Shown here: positions 20,632 to 29,085 of the stretch, piece after piece
How positions within the stretch are numbered: position 1 is the first letter of the stretch
Layout: each line of letters begins with the position of its first letter
Source: an uncultured Pseudomonadales bacterium
GTDB lineage: Bacteria > Patescibacteriota > Microgenomatia > UBA1400 > PJMF01
Reading direction: 5' to 3'
Length of the DNA: 64,000 nucleotides
NCBI GenBank assembly: GCA_964412775.1
Contig: CAYPPX010000001.1
Location: 226,699-290,698, forward strand
Notes under the pieces: generated by a model
Databases searched by the model: none
The model's input: the letters and a program-made list of their open reading frames with translations, nothing else
What the model was told of the DNA's origin: nothing
Translations under genes and position numbers: made by a program

Positions 20632-21060
20632 ATGAAAAAGCAACAGACATTCATGCAACGTAAAGAGGATGTTACCAGAGAGTGGCATGTAGTTGACGTC
20701 AAAGGCCAAATCCTTGGTCAAGTCGCTACCGATATTGCTAAAAAACTTATTGGTAAAGACAAACCAACCTACACTCCACATGTTGATGGTGGTGACTACG
20801 TAGTGGTAATTAATGCTAAACAAGTGGCTGTCACTAGAGGTAAAGAATTGACCAAAATGTATTATAGACACTCTGGTTTTCCAGGTGGTCTGAAACAAAG
20901 AACCTTTGAGGAAATGATTCAAAAAAATCCTGAAGAGGTGGTGCTTTTAGCTGTCAAAAACATGTTACCAAAAAACAGACTTAGAGATGTCCGTCTAGCT
21001 AGATTAAAGATTTATGCTGATGACCAACATAAACATGAGAGTCAATTAGGAGGCAAATAA
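20632..21060 (+). CDS. rplM: 50S ribosomal protein L13
   Basis: 142 aa; WHVVDVKGQILGQVATDIAKKLIGK. Confidence 0.92.
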   Translation: MKKQQTFMQRKEDVTREWHVVDVKGQILGQVATDIAKKLIGKDKPTYTPHVDGGDYVVVINAKQVAVTRGKELTKMYYRHSGFPGGLKQRTFEEMIQKNPEEVVLLAVKNMLPKNRLRDVRLARLKIYADDQHKHESQLGGK

Positions 21061-21061
21061 T

Positions 21062-21577
21062 ATGGCAATTAAAATGAGAAAGAAAGCTAAGGCTTCTGTC
21101 AAAAAAGTGGTCAAGAAACCAACTTTGATTGAAGGCAGAGTAAGTGCTGCTAAAACTTTGAGAAAAGATTTCACTTTTCCAAAAGTTGCCTACATTGAAG
21201 CTGTTGGTCGTAGAAAAGTGGCTACTGCTAGAGTCAGAATTTACGAAGGTAATGGTGACTTTGTAGTTAACAATACTTTAGTTGGTGATTATTTTTCAGG
21301 TATCAACAATGCTCCAGCCATTTACAATCGTCCTTTTGATTTAACTGGAACCAAGGGCAAGTTTGCTGTTTCAGCAACTGTCAAAGGTTCTGGAATCAAT
21401 GCTCAAATTGAGGCTATTGTTCATGGTATTGCTCGAGCTTTAGTTGAGTTCAATCCTGAGTTTAAGATTTTCTTAAAATCTGCTGGTTTGGTAACCAGAG
21501 ATGATAGAATGAAAGAAACTCGTAAGATTGGTATGGGTGGAAAAGCCAGAAGAAAACGCCAATCTCCAAAGCGTTAA
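21062..21577 (+). CDS. rpsI: 30S ribosomal protein S9 with ~40-aa basic N-terminal extension
   Basis: C-terminus GGKARRKRQSPKR. Confidence 0.92.
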   Translation: MAIKMRKKAKASVKKVVKKPTLIEGRVSAAKTLRKDFTFPKVAYIEAVGRRKVATARVRIYEGNGDFVVNNTLVGDYFSGINNAPAIYNRPFDLTGTKGKFAVSATVKGSGINAQIEAIVHGIARALVEFNPEFKIFLKSAGLVTRDDRMKETRKIGMGGKARRKRQSPKR

Positions 21578-21597
21578 GCTTTGATCGATCGAAATTG

Positions 21598-21631
21598 GGA
21601 ATTCCCTCAGTTTACCTGGGGGAATTTTTTT
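21598..21631 (+). terminator. Rho-independent terminator ending the ribosomal super-operon
   Basis: AATTCCCTCAG-tttac-CTGGGGGAATT (11-bp stem, one mismatch) followed by TTTTTTT. Confidence 0.7.
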
Positions 21632-21644
21632 GTAATTTTAGTCC

Positions 21645-21673
21645 AAAAAAAGGGCCTAAATAGGCCCTTTTTC
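21645..21673. terminator. Bidirectional terminator shared with the convergent hup gene
   Basis: AAAAAAA-GGGCC-taaata-GGCCC-TTTTT. Confidence 0.75.
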
Positions 21674-21689
21674 TTGATTCTAATTTAGC

Positions 21690-21965
21690 TTACCAAACTT
21701 CTCTTTTGAGAGGCTTACCAACACGGAAATTAATGACTCTATGGCCTTTAACTACCATCCTTTTATCTTTTTTACCAAATGGTTCAACATGTTTATCATT
21801 GACTTTACTAACATAGAAAGTACCAAAGCCTGACAAAACAACCTTGTCACCTTTTTTTAAGTTGCGAGCAACTTCGGCAAAGATTGTTTCGACTGCCTCT
21901 TCAGCAGCTTTTTTAGTGAGATGGGCTTTTTTGGAAACGATGGTAATCAACTGTGATTTTGTCAT
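21690..21965 (-). CDS. hup: HU family DNA-binding protein
   Basis: 91 aa; MTKSQLITIVSKKAHLTKKAAEEAVETIFAEV...GFGTFYVSKVNDKHVEPFGKKDKRMVVKGHRVINFRVGKPLK. Confidence 0.9.
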   Translation of the reverse strand: MTKSQLITIVSKKAHLTKKAAEEAVETIFAEVARNLKKGDKVVLSGFGTFYVSKVNDKHVEPFGKKDKRMVVKGHRVINFRVGKPLKREVW

Positions 21966-22070
21966 GTTAACCTTTCTTTATTCTTTAATACCTTTATATA
22001 CAGATATACTGACTGTGTCTCAGTGTAACTTGCTTAAAAATACAGTCAAGAGTGAAATAAAGATTAGTAG

Positions 22071-22451
22071 CTAGATATATCCAAGTTTTTTGAAAATTAC
22101 CAACGAACAACCAAGCGCATCAAAACCAACATCTCTGAATGATGGAGATCTCCCTGGTGTCATTGATTGGTGAAGTTCATCAGAAACAGCGTAAGCCAAG
22201 GCAATTAATAGTGGGATAAACCATTTTTTATTACCTTGAGCTAGAGAATATTGCTGAAAAGGAATAAGCAGCAAAAAATAAAGCACAGCGTAAACAAAGA
22301 TATGAGCCGATTTTTTGAATAAAAAGTCCCAAACATCAAGCTTAAGACTCGGCAGCACCTGTTTTGATGATAAGTAAAAAATAAATAAAGCCCAAATAAT
22401 TGCTGGGATGAACGACAATATAACTCTAAAAAAACTCTTGCTTTTTTGCAT
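22071..22451 (-). CDS. VanZ-like family membrane protein
   Basis: 126 aa, 3-4 TM segments; AVSDELHQSMTPGRSPSFRDVGFDALG motif. Confidence 0.6.
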   Translation of the reverse strand: MQKSKSFFRVILSFIPAIIWALFIFYLSSKQVLPSLKLDVWDFLFKKSAHIFVYAVLYFLLLIPFQQYSLAQGNKKWFIPLLIALAYAVSDELHQSMTPGRSPSFRDVGFDALGCSLVIFKKLGYI

Positions 22452-23211
22452 AAATTAAGCCTGGAATGAGCAGTAAGGTAGCTCCTATTATAACATTGAT
22501 GGCGCCGATTTCTAAGTTTGGTGATTCAAAATAAATGCTTTGAAGTTGTCTAGTTTCTTGTTCTGGTAGCTTAACTTTGGGTTTGAGAACCGTTGGTGGG
22601 TATAAGTTGGAGTTAGGTAGCTCAAAGTTAGTTGGTAAACCTGAGCCGGATGAGGTCGGTTGAACTTGGTACTGAGGGTTGGTTTGAGAAGAGGTGGGGA
22701 AGCTATTTGGTGGGGGTAATTGAGTGGGTATTGGGGTTGGTTTGGTTGTTGGGAGTGGTGATGGGCTAACAACTGGGTTATCGAAGCCTGGATTTGGACT
22801 AGTCTCAAAGATTATTGTTAGATTGTTGGAGTTTTTCGCCCAACTCAAGCCTTTAGTTGATGAAGTGTAAGCAAGTGAGTCTTGAACAACTTGATTTTGA
22901 TCGTAAAGAATTACCGTATCACCACTATTGTTTAATACACTTTTTAGTTCAACCACTAGATAAGCTAGACTGGCAAGTTCTTCACCAGAAATAAAAGTAT
23001 AAATATTGCTAGGTTTACTTAGTTGGTCCCACAGTTGCCAACCATCTAGATCAATTGCTTTATCACTAGGGTTATATAGTTCAACCCATTCGGTTTCTTG
23101 GTTATTGGGGTTAGGATAGACTTCAGAGATTATGACTTGGGCTTTGACTTGTTTGACTGAGCAAACTAAATACAAACTCAGCCCAAAAAATAACCTGACT
23201 TGTTTTAACAC
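22426..23211 (-). CDS. Secreted lamin-tail-domain (LTD) protein with Pro/Thr-rich linker and C-terminal membrane anchor
   Basis: Signal peptide; ISEVYPNPNNQETEWVELYNPSDKAIDLDGWQLWD and GDTVILYD motifs; PTTKPTPIPTQLPPP linker; C-terminal hydrophobic segment followed by KKQEFF. Confidence 0.6.
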   Translation of the reverse strand: MLKQVRLFFGLSLYLVCSVKQVKAQVIISEVYPNPNNQETEWVELYNPSDKAIDLDGWQLWDQLSKPSNIYTFISGEELASLAYLVVELKSVLNNSGDTVILYDQNQVVQDSLAYTSSTKGLSWAKNSNNLTIIFETSPNPGFDNPVVSPSPLPTTKPTPIPTQLPPPNSFPTSSQTNPQYQVQPTSSGSGLPTNFELPNSNLYPPTVLKPKVKLPEQETRQLQSIYFESPNLEIGAINVIIGATLLLIPGLIYAKKQEFF

Positions 23212-23242
23212 AAATCAGGTTATATCAAGACAAACTGACTTT

Positions 23243-23974
23243 TTAGGTATTTTTTTTCTTGGCCCAATATTCAGAAGAAGTAAACAGTGAGTGGAAAGTT
23301 CCAGCATCACTCCAAAAGCCTTTTAATTCTTCCCATTTTAACTGGCCTTTATTAATGTAAATATTATTTACTTGAGTAATTTCTAGTTCACCACGACCAG
23401 CATAGTTGGGATCACATTGACGAATAATATCGAAAATATTTTTATCATAAAGATAAACACCAGTAACGGCATAATCTGAAGCAGGATTTTTGGGTTTTTC
23501 ATCAATTCTGATCACTTTAGTTGCATCATTAGGGTCAAAGGCTGGGACACCAAAACGGTTTGGGTCTGGCACTTTCTTCAAGAAAACAGTTGCGCCATCA
23601 GTAAAATTGGTGACAGCATCTTTGATTTTGGCATCAGTGGTATTGTCGCCCAAGATCACGGCAATATCTTCACCGTCAGCAAAGTCTTCAGCTAAGGCCA
23701 AGGCATCGGCGATACCACCATTTGGTTTTTCTTGGTAGGCATAGGCTAAGTGTTTGACACCAAGTTCTTTACCATTTTTTAAGACACTCAAAAAATGACC
23801 AACGTGAGGGCCACTGGTGACGATCAGAATTTCATTTACTCCAGCATCCACTAAAGTCTGGATGGGATAAAAAACCATTGGTTTGTTATAGACAGGGAGT
23901 AAATGCTTGTTGGTAACATGAGTCAAGGGATAAAGTCTTGTACCCAGACCACCAGCGAGAATAACACCTTTCAT
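23243..23974 (-). CDS. Sugar-phosphate nucleotidyltransferase (short RmlA/GlmU-N-like form)
   Basis: MKGVILAGGLGTRLYPLT N-terminus (G-x-G-T-R-L signature). Confidence 0.75.
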   Translation of the reverse strand: MKGVILAGGLGTRLYPLTHVTNKHLLPVYNKPMVFYPIQTLVDAGVNEILIVTSGPHVGHFLSVLKNGKELGVKHLAYAYQEKPNGGIADALALAEDFADGEDIAVILGDNTTDAKIKDAVTNFTDGATVFLKKVPDPNRFGVPAFDPNDATKVIRIDEKPKNPASDYAVTGVYLYDKNIFDIIRQCDPNYAGRGELEITQVNNIYINKGQLKWEELKGFWSDAGTFHSLFTSSEYWAKKKNT

Positions 23975-24065
23975 AAAAGTTCCTTTGTTGTTTTTTAAAC
24001 TAGGCTTTCAATATATCATTGATGGGCAAATTTGCAAATCTCCTGGGAGTGATAGAATAAAACCA

Positions 24066-24869
24066 ATGAAAGATAAAACTAAACGGCTTGGTTTAGCTTT
24101 GGGGAGTGGAGGTTGGCGTGGTTTGGCTCACCTGGGGGTGATGAAAGCTTTGTTAACTCATGGTATTAAATTTGAAATAATTGCTGGGAGTAGTGCTGGT
24201 GCTTTGATGGGTGGAGCCTACGCAGCTACTCAAGACATTGAAAAACTAGAGTCTTTTTTTAAGAGCTTAAAAATAAAAGACTTACTAAAATTGTTTGGGG
24301 ATTTTAGACCAGATCAAGGTTTATTTAGAGGGGAAAGTTTTAAAACAACCATTCAACAAGTGATTGGCGAAGTCAAAATTGAAGATTTACCATTTAGTTA
24401 TGGTGCTACAGCTGTTGATTTTAATTCAGGAGAATTAATTTTTATCAAAGAAGGATCACTAACCACAGCGATTAGAGCTAGCGCTTCTGTACCACTAGTT
24501 TTTCAGCCGGTTAAAATTGGAGGAAAGCAATTGGTTGATGGAGCCACCAGAATGCCTGTGCCGGTAGAGTTGGCTAGAGAGTTGGGTGCTGACAAAGTAA
24601 TTGCCGTAAACCTTTATAAAAATGTTTTTCCGGTAGCAACTGGTCAGTATAGTTCTGTGCAAATGGCTTTAAAAAGTTCTCACTTGTTGCTCAGTGAATT
24701 GGCTAGGAGGGATTGTAAGACAGCAGACCTAGCTCTTTATCCAGATATTCCAGAAGGAAAAAATTATAGTATTTTTAGTAAATTTATTGGTAATGCGGAA
24801 CAAATTATTAAATTTGGTGAGCAGGTAGTGGAACTTAATTTAAGTAAAATTAGGCAGTTAACGTCTTGA
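24066..24869 (+). CDS. Patatin-like phospholipase
   Basis: GSGGWRG oxyanion motif, GSSAG nucleophile elbow, DGA catalytic Asp. Start MKDKTKRLG is chosen over the upstream in-frame ATG at 23985. Confidence 0.75.
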   Translation: MKDKTKRLGLALGSGGWRGLAHLGVMKALLTHGIKFEIIAGSSAGALMGGAYAATQDIEKLESFFKSLKIKDLLKLFGDFRPDQGLFRGESFKTTIQQVIGEVKIEDLPFSYGATAVDFNSGELIFIKEGSLTTAIRASASVPLVFQPVKIGGKQLVDGATRMPVPVELARELGADKVIAVNLYKNVFPVATGQYSSVQMALKSSHLLLSELARRDCKTADLALYPDIPEGKNYSIFSKFIGNAEQIIKFGEQVVELNLSKIRQLTS

Positions 24870-24924
24870 AACAGTTTTTTCGGTTATTTAATTTTCAATC
24901 AAAACTTGAGTTATAATATTTCGA

Positions 24925-26127
24925 TTGATGCACAATCGGAAAGAGTTTTTTTCTGTGATAAAAGAAGAGGGAACGAGAGTTGAAGCAGAGGAAGCTAGGA
25001 GACTAAGCGATTATGGTTTTGTGATTCGCTCTGAGCTTTTTTCTTTGCTTACTGATCAGGCTTTAGGACTGGATCAAGATTTATTAGAGACTTTATCAAC
25101 AAGTTTTTTGGCTTATCCTGATGCTGTTTTTGACCAATTAGGTTTTTTGCTAGAAAAGCCACTGTTTAAAACCCAAGATTCACAAAATGGACATTGGAGT
25201 TATGAGTTAACTATGTCTAAAACGGTTTTAAATTTTGCCGAAGCGATTAAAACCAAGTTTTCAGGAAACAATCAATTGATAGCAGATTTAGTTTTTATGA
25301 TTACTGTAAGTGATATTGGTAAGTCTGGTCCGAGAGTAGTTGAGGCTGATCACTATTCAGCTGTAGTCAGGAAAATGTACAACCACTGTATTTTTGGTCC
25401 AGAACACAAAACTTGGTTAATGAAGTGCAATCCAGCTGATTTTCCAGTTGAGTTACAACAAGCTCTGGCTAATATCAGCAGAGATGATAGCGCTGGTATT
25501 TCTGATTACGATTTAATTTTTAGCAATGGAGTATTTTTTGCTTTGCCAATTGAAGTTTATTTTTATGTGTTGAAGCAGGTGGCTTTGAAAAAAATAACTG
25601 ATGATCCTCAACTTTTGCAACAAGATCCAGACTTAGTTATTAAGATTGAGGAGACATTTACTCTCAAGCCTGAAGAGAGAGCTTTTCTAAAACTAATGGA
25701 TAGTGATCCACAATCAATGCCAATCAGAAGATTTTTTACTAGAAGCCATATTTTATTTGGCAGTTTGTTTTTAAAACAACCAGGATTACTAAACTTAGAA
25801 CAACAAGCTTTAGTGCCATTAGCAATGAGTCATCATTTTTCTCAAAAAATTTTACCTTTGGATCTAGATATAGAAACAGTAATTAATGATGAACTTTGGG
25901 TAAAAAAATGTGCTTTTTTAGAAGTTCTTGATAAATTTAGTGCTTATTTTTCTCGTTGGCATGGAGCCCAAGGGGAAATACCGATTCAGTCAATTAATTC
26001 AACCAAAAATGAAATAAGGGACCATTTGGATAAAAATTATTCAGATCAACCCCAAATAAAAATTTGGTATGAAGAGATTATTAGTTGGATGGAAGAAACA
26101 GAAATCTTTACTCAGTTTGGTAAGTAG
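24925..26127 (+). CDS. Hypothetical protein (400 aa)
   Basis: Long ORF with host-like AT-rich codon usage; no recognised motif. Confidence 0.5.
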   Translation: MMHNRKEFFSVIKEEGTRVEAEEARRLSDYGFVIRSELFSLLTDQALGLDQDLLETLSTSFLAYPDAVFDQLGFLLEKPLFKTQDSQNGHWSYELTMSKTVLNFAEAIKTKFSGNNQLIADLVFMITVSDIGKSGPRVVEADHYSAVVRKMYNHCIFGPEHKTWLMKCNPADFPVELQQALANISRDDSAGISDYDLIFSNGVFFALPIEVYFYVLKQVALKKITDDPQLLQQDPDLVIKIEETFTLKPEERAFLKLMDSDPQSMPIRRFFTRSHILFGSLFLKQPGLLNLEQQALVPLAMSHHFSQKILPLDLDIETVINDELWVKKCAFLEVLDKFSAYFSRWHGAQGEIPIQSINSTKNEIRDHLDKNYSDQPQIKIWYEEIISWMEETEIFTQFGK

Positions 26128-26353
26128 AAGCATCTATTTGTGGCATCATTTCAATGATAAATCTAAGCACCATGACTTGATGGTCTTTGTTTAGATCCTT
26201 AAAATTAATTTCTGGATCAGTAATATTCTCTAAAACTGATAAAACAATTGGGGGTAAATAAAGATTTTCAGTTGATCTTAAACGAACGGCTAAATCAAAA
26301 ACAATTCTAATAATTTTTTCTTCAGGAATAATGATTGTTTCTTTAGTAGCCAT
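26108..26353 (-). CDS. Hypothetical small protein (81 aa)
   Basis: ORF only. Confidence 0.3.
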   Translation of the reverse strand: MATKETIIIPEEKIIRIVFDLAVRLRSTENLYLPPIVLSVLENITDPEINFKDLNKDHQVMVLRFIIEMMPQIDASTYQTE

Positions 26354-26564
26354 TATTTAATATTCAATATTTGTCCTTATAAATTTAAGAATCTATTGCA
26401 GTCTATAATATATTTTTGAGAAATAAATTAGCAATTTTAAAATTGGATAATTAAATTTTATTAGAGTTAAAGTAAAGGTTCAATAAATTTCTATGAATAT
26501 ATAAAACGGCTGGACACTCGGGTCTGGCACCGTTATGTTTTTATAGTTAAAAGAAAATGTAATT

Positions 26565-26942
26565 TTACTCAAATTTAAAAAGAGTTGTCGATCCGTAGAG
26601 CTCGCTTATTACGTGGTCATATGTAATATCAGATTTTATTATCCTGCTCCCTCCTAGTAGCAGTCCTTCAATTATTTCATCACCAATTAGATTGCATTGA
26701 AAACGATCGCCTGTATTTGTAGTGGCGTAATAAATTCTTCCGGGATCGCTCAAGGTGCCAAACTTATGTTCTTTGTCTACTTCCACGGAGATGTTGCCAA
26801 TAGAAACACGTATGTGCGAAGAAGAAACACTCCCAGAACAAGGAATGTAGTCTTTGTCGTTAATAACCATTTTGGGAACTTTATTGTATTTAGTGATCCA
26901 ACTCAGCACCGATATCAGTCTTTTTATCTCAATTTCAGTCAT
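26565..26942 (-). CDS. Hypothetical protein (125 aa)
   Basis: ORF directly downstream of tRNA-Ser(GGA); no motif recognised. Confidence 0.4.
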   Translation of the reverse strand: MTEIEIKRLISVLSWITKYNKVPKMVINDKDYIPCSGSVSSSHIRVSIGNISVEVDKEHKFGTLSDPGRIYYATTNTGDRFQCNLIGDEIIEGLLLGGSRIIKSDITYDHVISELYGSTTLFKFE

Positions 26943-26965
26943 GAAAAAAAATTATAGCATCAAGT

Positions 26966-27051
26966 TGGCGGAGGTGACAGGATTTGAACCTGCGAAGCCG
27001 CGAGGCTCACGCTTTCCAAGCGTGTGCAATTGACCACTATGCGACACCTCC
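26966..27051 (-). tRNA. tRNA-Ser (anticodon GGA), type II with long variable arm
   Basis: Reverse complement GGAGGTGTCGCATAGTGGTC...CACGC-TTGGAAA-GCGTG-[16-nt arm]-GGTTCAAATCC...CACCTCCGCCA; CCA encoded. Confidence 0.85.
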
Positions 27052-27113
27052 TTTGGAATAGCAGTATTATACATTAGGTTGATATGATGTGAATCTAATG
27101 TTTAATCTTTAAA

Positions 27114-27995
27114 TTACTCTTTGGTTTCAGTTGTGTTTTTTTCAATTCCATTTGGTGTTTTTTTTCTGCAAAGTTTGTGGTCGGCATTTAGTTTTTTTTC
27201 AAAGATCTGTCTGACCTGACTTCTTGCATGTTCTTCTTCGCCAAACATAGTCATAATGGCGTAAACATCACTGTAACCCAGTAAGTTTAAACAGTGGGCC
27301 CTATCAGCGGCTCCTTCTTTAACTCGAATTTTTTGTTTAGCATTACTTTCAGTACTTCTATTAGCCAGTGATTGCTTAGTAAATTCGTCATCTTCTGGAA
27401 TAACGACGACAGTAACTGCATCTGGTAACAAATAGTCAACTTCAGATAAAATTCTATTTGGTGGGGCCTCAACAACAATGTTTTTACCTTCTTTTAAGAG
27501 TTCAATGATCCTGTCAATGTTATAACCGTATAAATTTCCATAAGCACTAACAGCCAAAAATAGTTGTCCGGTTCCTTCTAAAATTAAAAATTCTTCACTA
27601 GTAACTTCTTTAGAGCCTTCAACATCACTAGCTCTGAGGTCTCTGGTGGTTACAAATGGAGTTTCATGAAAACCATATTCTTCCTTGAGTAAGTTAACAA
27701 TCATGCCTTTGCCAGCACCAGATTGCCCAGTAATTACACAAACCTGATCACTATGTTGCTGAATAAACTCAATTTTTTTCTTGAGATCTTCTTTTACTGC
27801 TTCATAAGAGTTTTCAAGTGCTCTATCTAGTAGTTCCTGGATACCTTTAACTGATTTTAGAGTTTCAAGTAATTTTAGAATTTGATTCTCTGTATCATTG
27901 ATTAATTCGACCCGACTAAGTAGTAAAAATAGTTGTTTTAGAACTTCACTATTTTCTTCTGTTATTTCTATTGTTTGTTTTTTTGTTTCTGCCAT
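27114..27995 (-). CDS. P-loop kinase with guanylate-kinase-like core and ~90-aa N-terminal coiled-coil extension
   Basis: Walker A ITGQSGAGKG followed by a VTTRDLR motif, as in GMP kinases. Confidence 0.5.
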   Translation of the reverse strand: MAETKKQTIEITEENSEVLKQLFLLLSRVELINDTENQILKLLETLKSVKGIQELLDRALENSYEAVKEDLKKKIEFIQQHSDQVCVITGQSGAGKGMIVNLLKEEYGFHETPFVTTRDLRASDVEGSKEVTSEEFLILEGTGQLFLAVSAYGNLYGYNIDRIIELLKEGKNIVVEAPPNRILSEVDYLLPDAVTVVVIPEDDEFTKQSLANRSTESNAKQKIRVKEGAADRAHCLNLLGYSDVYAIMTMFGEEEHARSQVRQIFEKKLNADHKLCRKKTPNGIEKNTTETKE

Positions 27996-28007
27996 GTTAT
28001 TTCCTAT

Positions 28008-29039
28008 TTATTTTATTAATTTAATAGTTGGTCCTGTTGAGTGCAGTTTAGTTTCAATAATGGTTTTAATTCCAGATTCTTGCAACATTTTACGAACAGC
28101 CTTTGTTTCTCTAGTAATGAAGATCATTGCTGGACCCCCAGATGAGACAAAGAAACAGTTTTTCTTTTGAGAAAGCTGACTAAAAAGTTTTGAGTAAAAA
28201 GTATGGATAAATTCATCCATAAATAGTGAGTGATTTGACCAACGGTTTTTAAAGTAGCTGGGAATATCACCATAAGCACCAATGGTGTAAAAGTTAATCG
28301 ACTCAAATAATGGAGCAAAATTTTGTTTGTTAAATTCTGGAATTATTTGTTCAATTAAGATTTTTTCTTTGATTTTTCCCCAGTCATTGCCCATTTTTTT
28401 GAAAAGCTCAAAGCCTTTTTCAAATAACTGCATGTCCATCATGCCGTCTGGTAGCTTTTCAATTTCTGGAATAGCAATTACGGCTTGATATTCTTCAGGC
28501 AAGTTGCCTTTGGCCCAAATTTGACTTTCTCCACCAATGATAATGGCATCTGAACTAAGTAACCCGGCTGCTGATGCGCCACCAATACTAGCCATAGTAG
28601 TTAGGTAGCCTTCCTTGTCTGATTCTTCACCATAGTTTTGGGCGAGTAAAACAATTAATTCTTCATTAGTGATTTTATTACCAAATAAGTGGTTAATTGC
28701 TATAGCTACAGCTGTTTGTAGTGAAGCTGAAGAACCCAAACCTCCATGCTCAATATTATGTAAGTTTCTAGCAGAAATAGTTAAGCCTTGGGTGAATCCC
28801 AGTGTTTTTTTCATGATTAAGGCTGTGTGTAAAATAATTGGTTTTCTACCAGCAGAATCAATAATGTTAATTGTTTCTTGGTCATTAATTTCAACATGAG
28901 CTTCACTAAATTTATCAATAACAAAGTTAACAGAACCAACAGGATAAATTTGTGGTTTGGGTGGGTTTACAAAATAGTGGTGGTTACACAAAAAGGTATC
29001 AACTCTTGAAGCTACTTTTGAGTAACAAGCTTTAGCCAC
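28008..29039 (-). CDS. GHMP-family kinase
   Basis: GHMP motif II HGGLGSSASLQTAVAIA; second glycine-rich segment IGGASAAG. Confidence 0.65.
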   Translation of the reverse strand: MAKACYSKVASRVDTFLCNHHYFVNPPKPQIYPVGSVNFVIDKFSEAHVEINDQETINIIDSAGRKPIILHTALIMKKTLGFTQGLTISARNLHNIEHGGLGSSASLQTAVAIAINHLFGNKITNEELIVLLAQNYGEESDKEGYLTTMASIGGASAAGLLSSDAIIIGGESQIWAKGNLPEEYQAVIAIPEIEKLPDGMMDMQLFEKGFELFKKMGNDWGKIKEKILIEQIIPEFNKQNFAPLFESINFYTIGAYGDIPSYFKNRWSNHSLFMDEFIHTFYSKLFSQLSQKKNCFFVSSGGPAMIFITRETKAVRKMLQESGIKTIIETKLHSTGPTIKLIK

Positions 29040-29085
29040 TGGTTTTGTAGCTTTAAACTTTTTTTGAGTGGGTTTAGGAGTTCTC

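Noticed and set aside
22512-22808. 98-aa ORF in another frame inside the LTD protein gene
   Set aside because: Falls in the Pro/Thr/Gln-rich linker region. It is an alternative frame of repetitive sequence.
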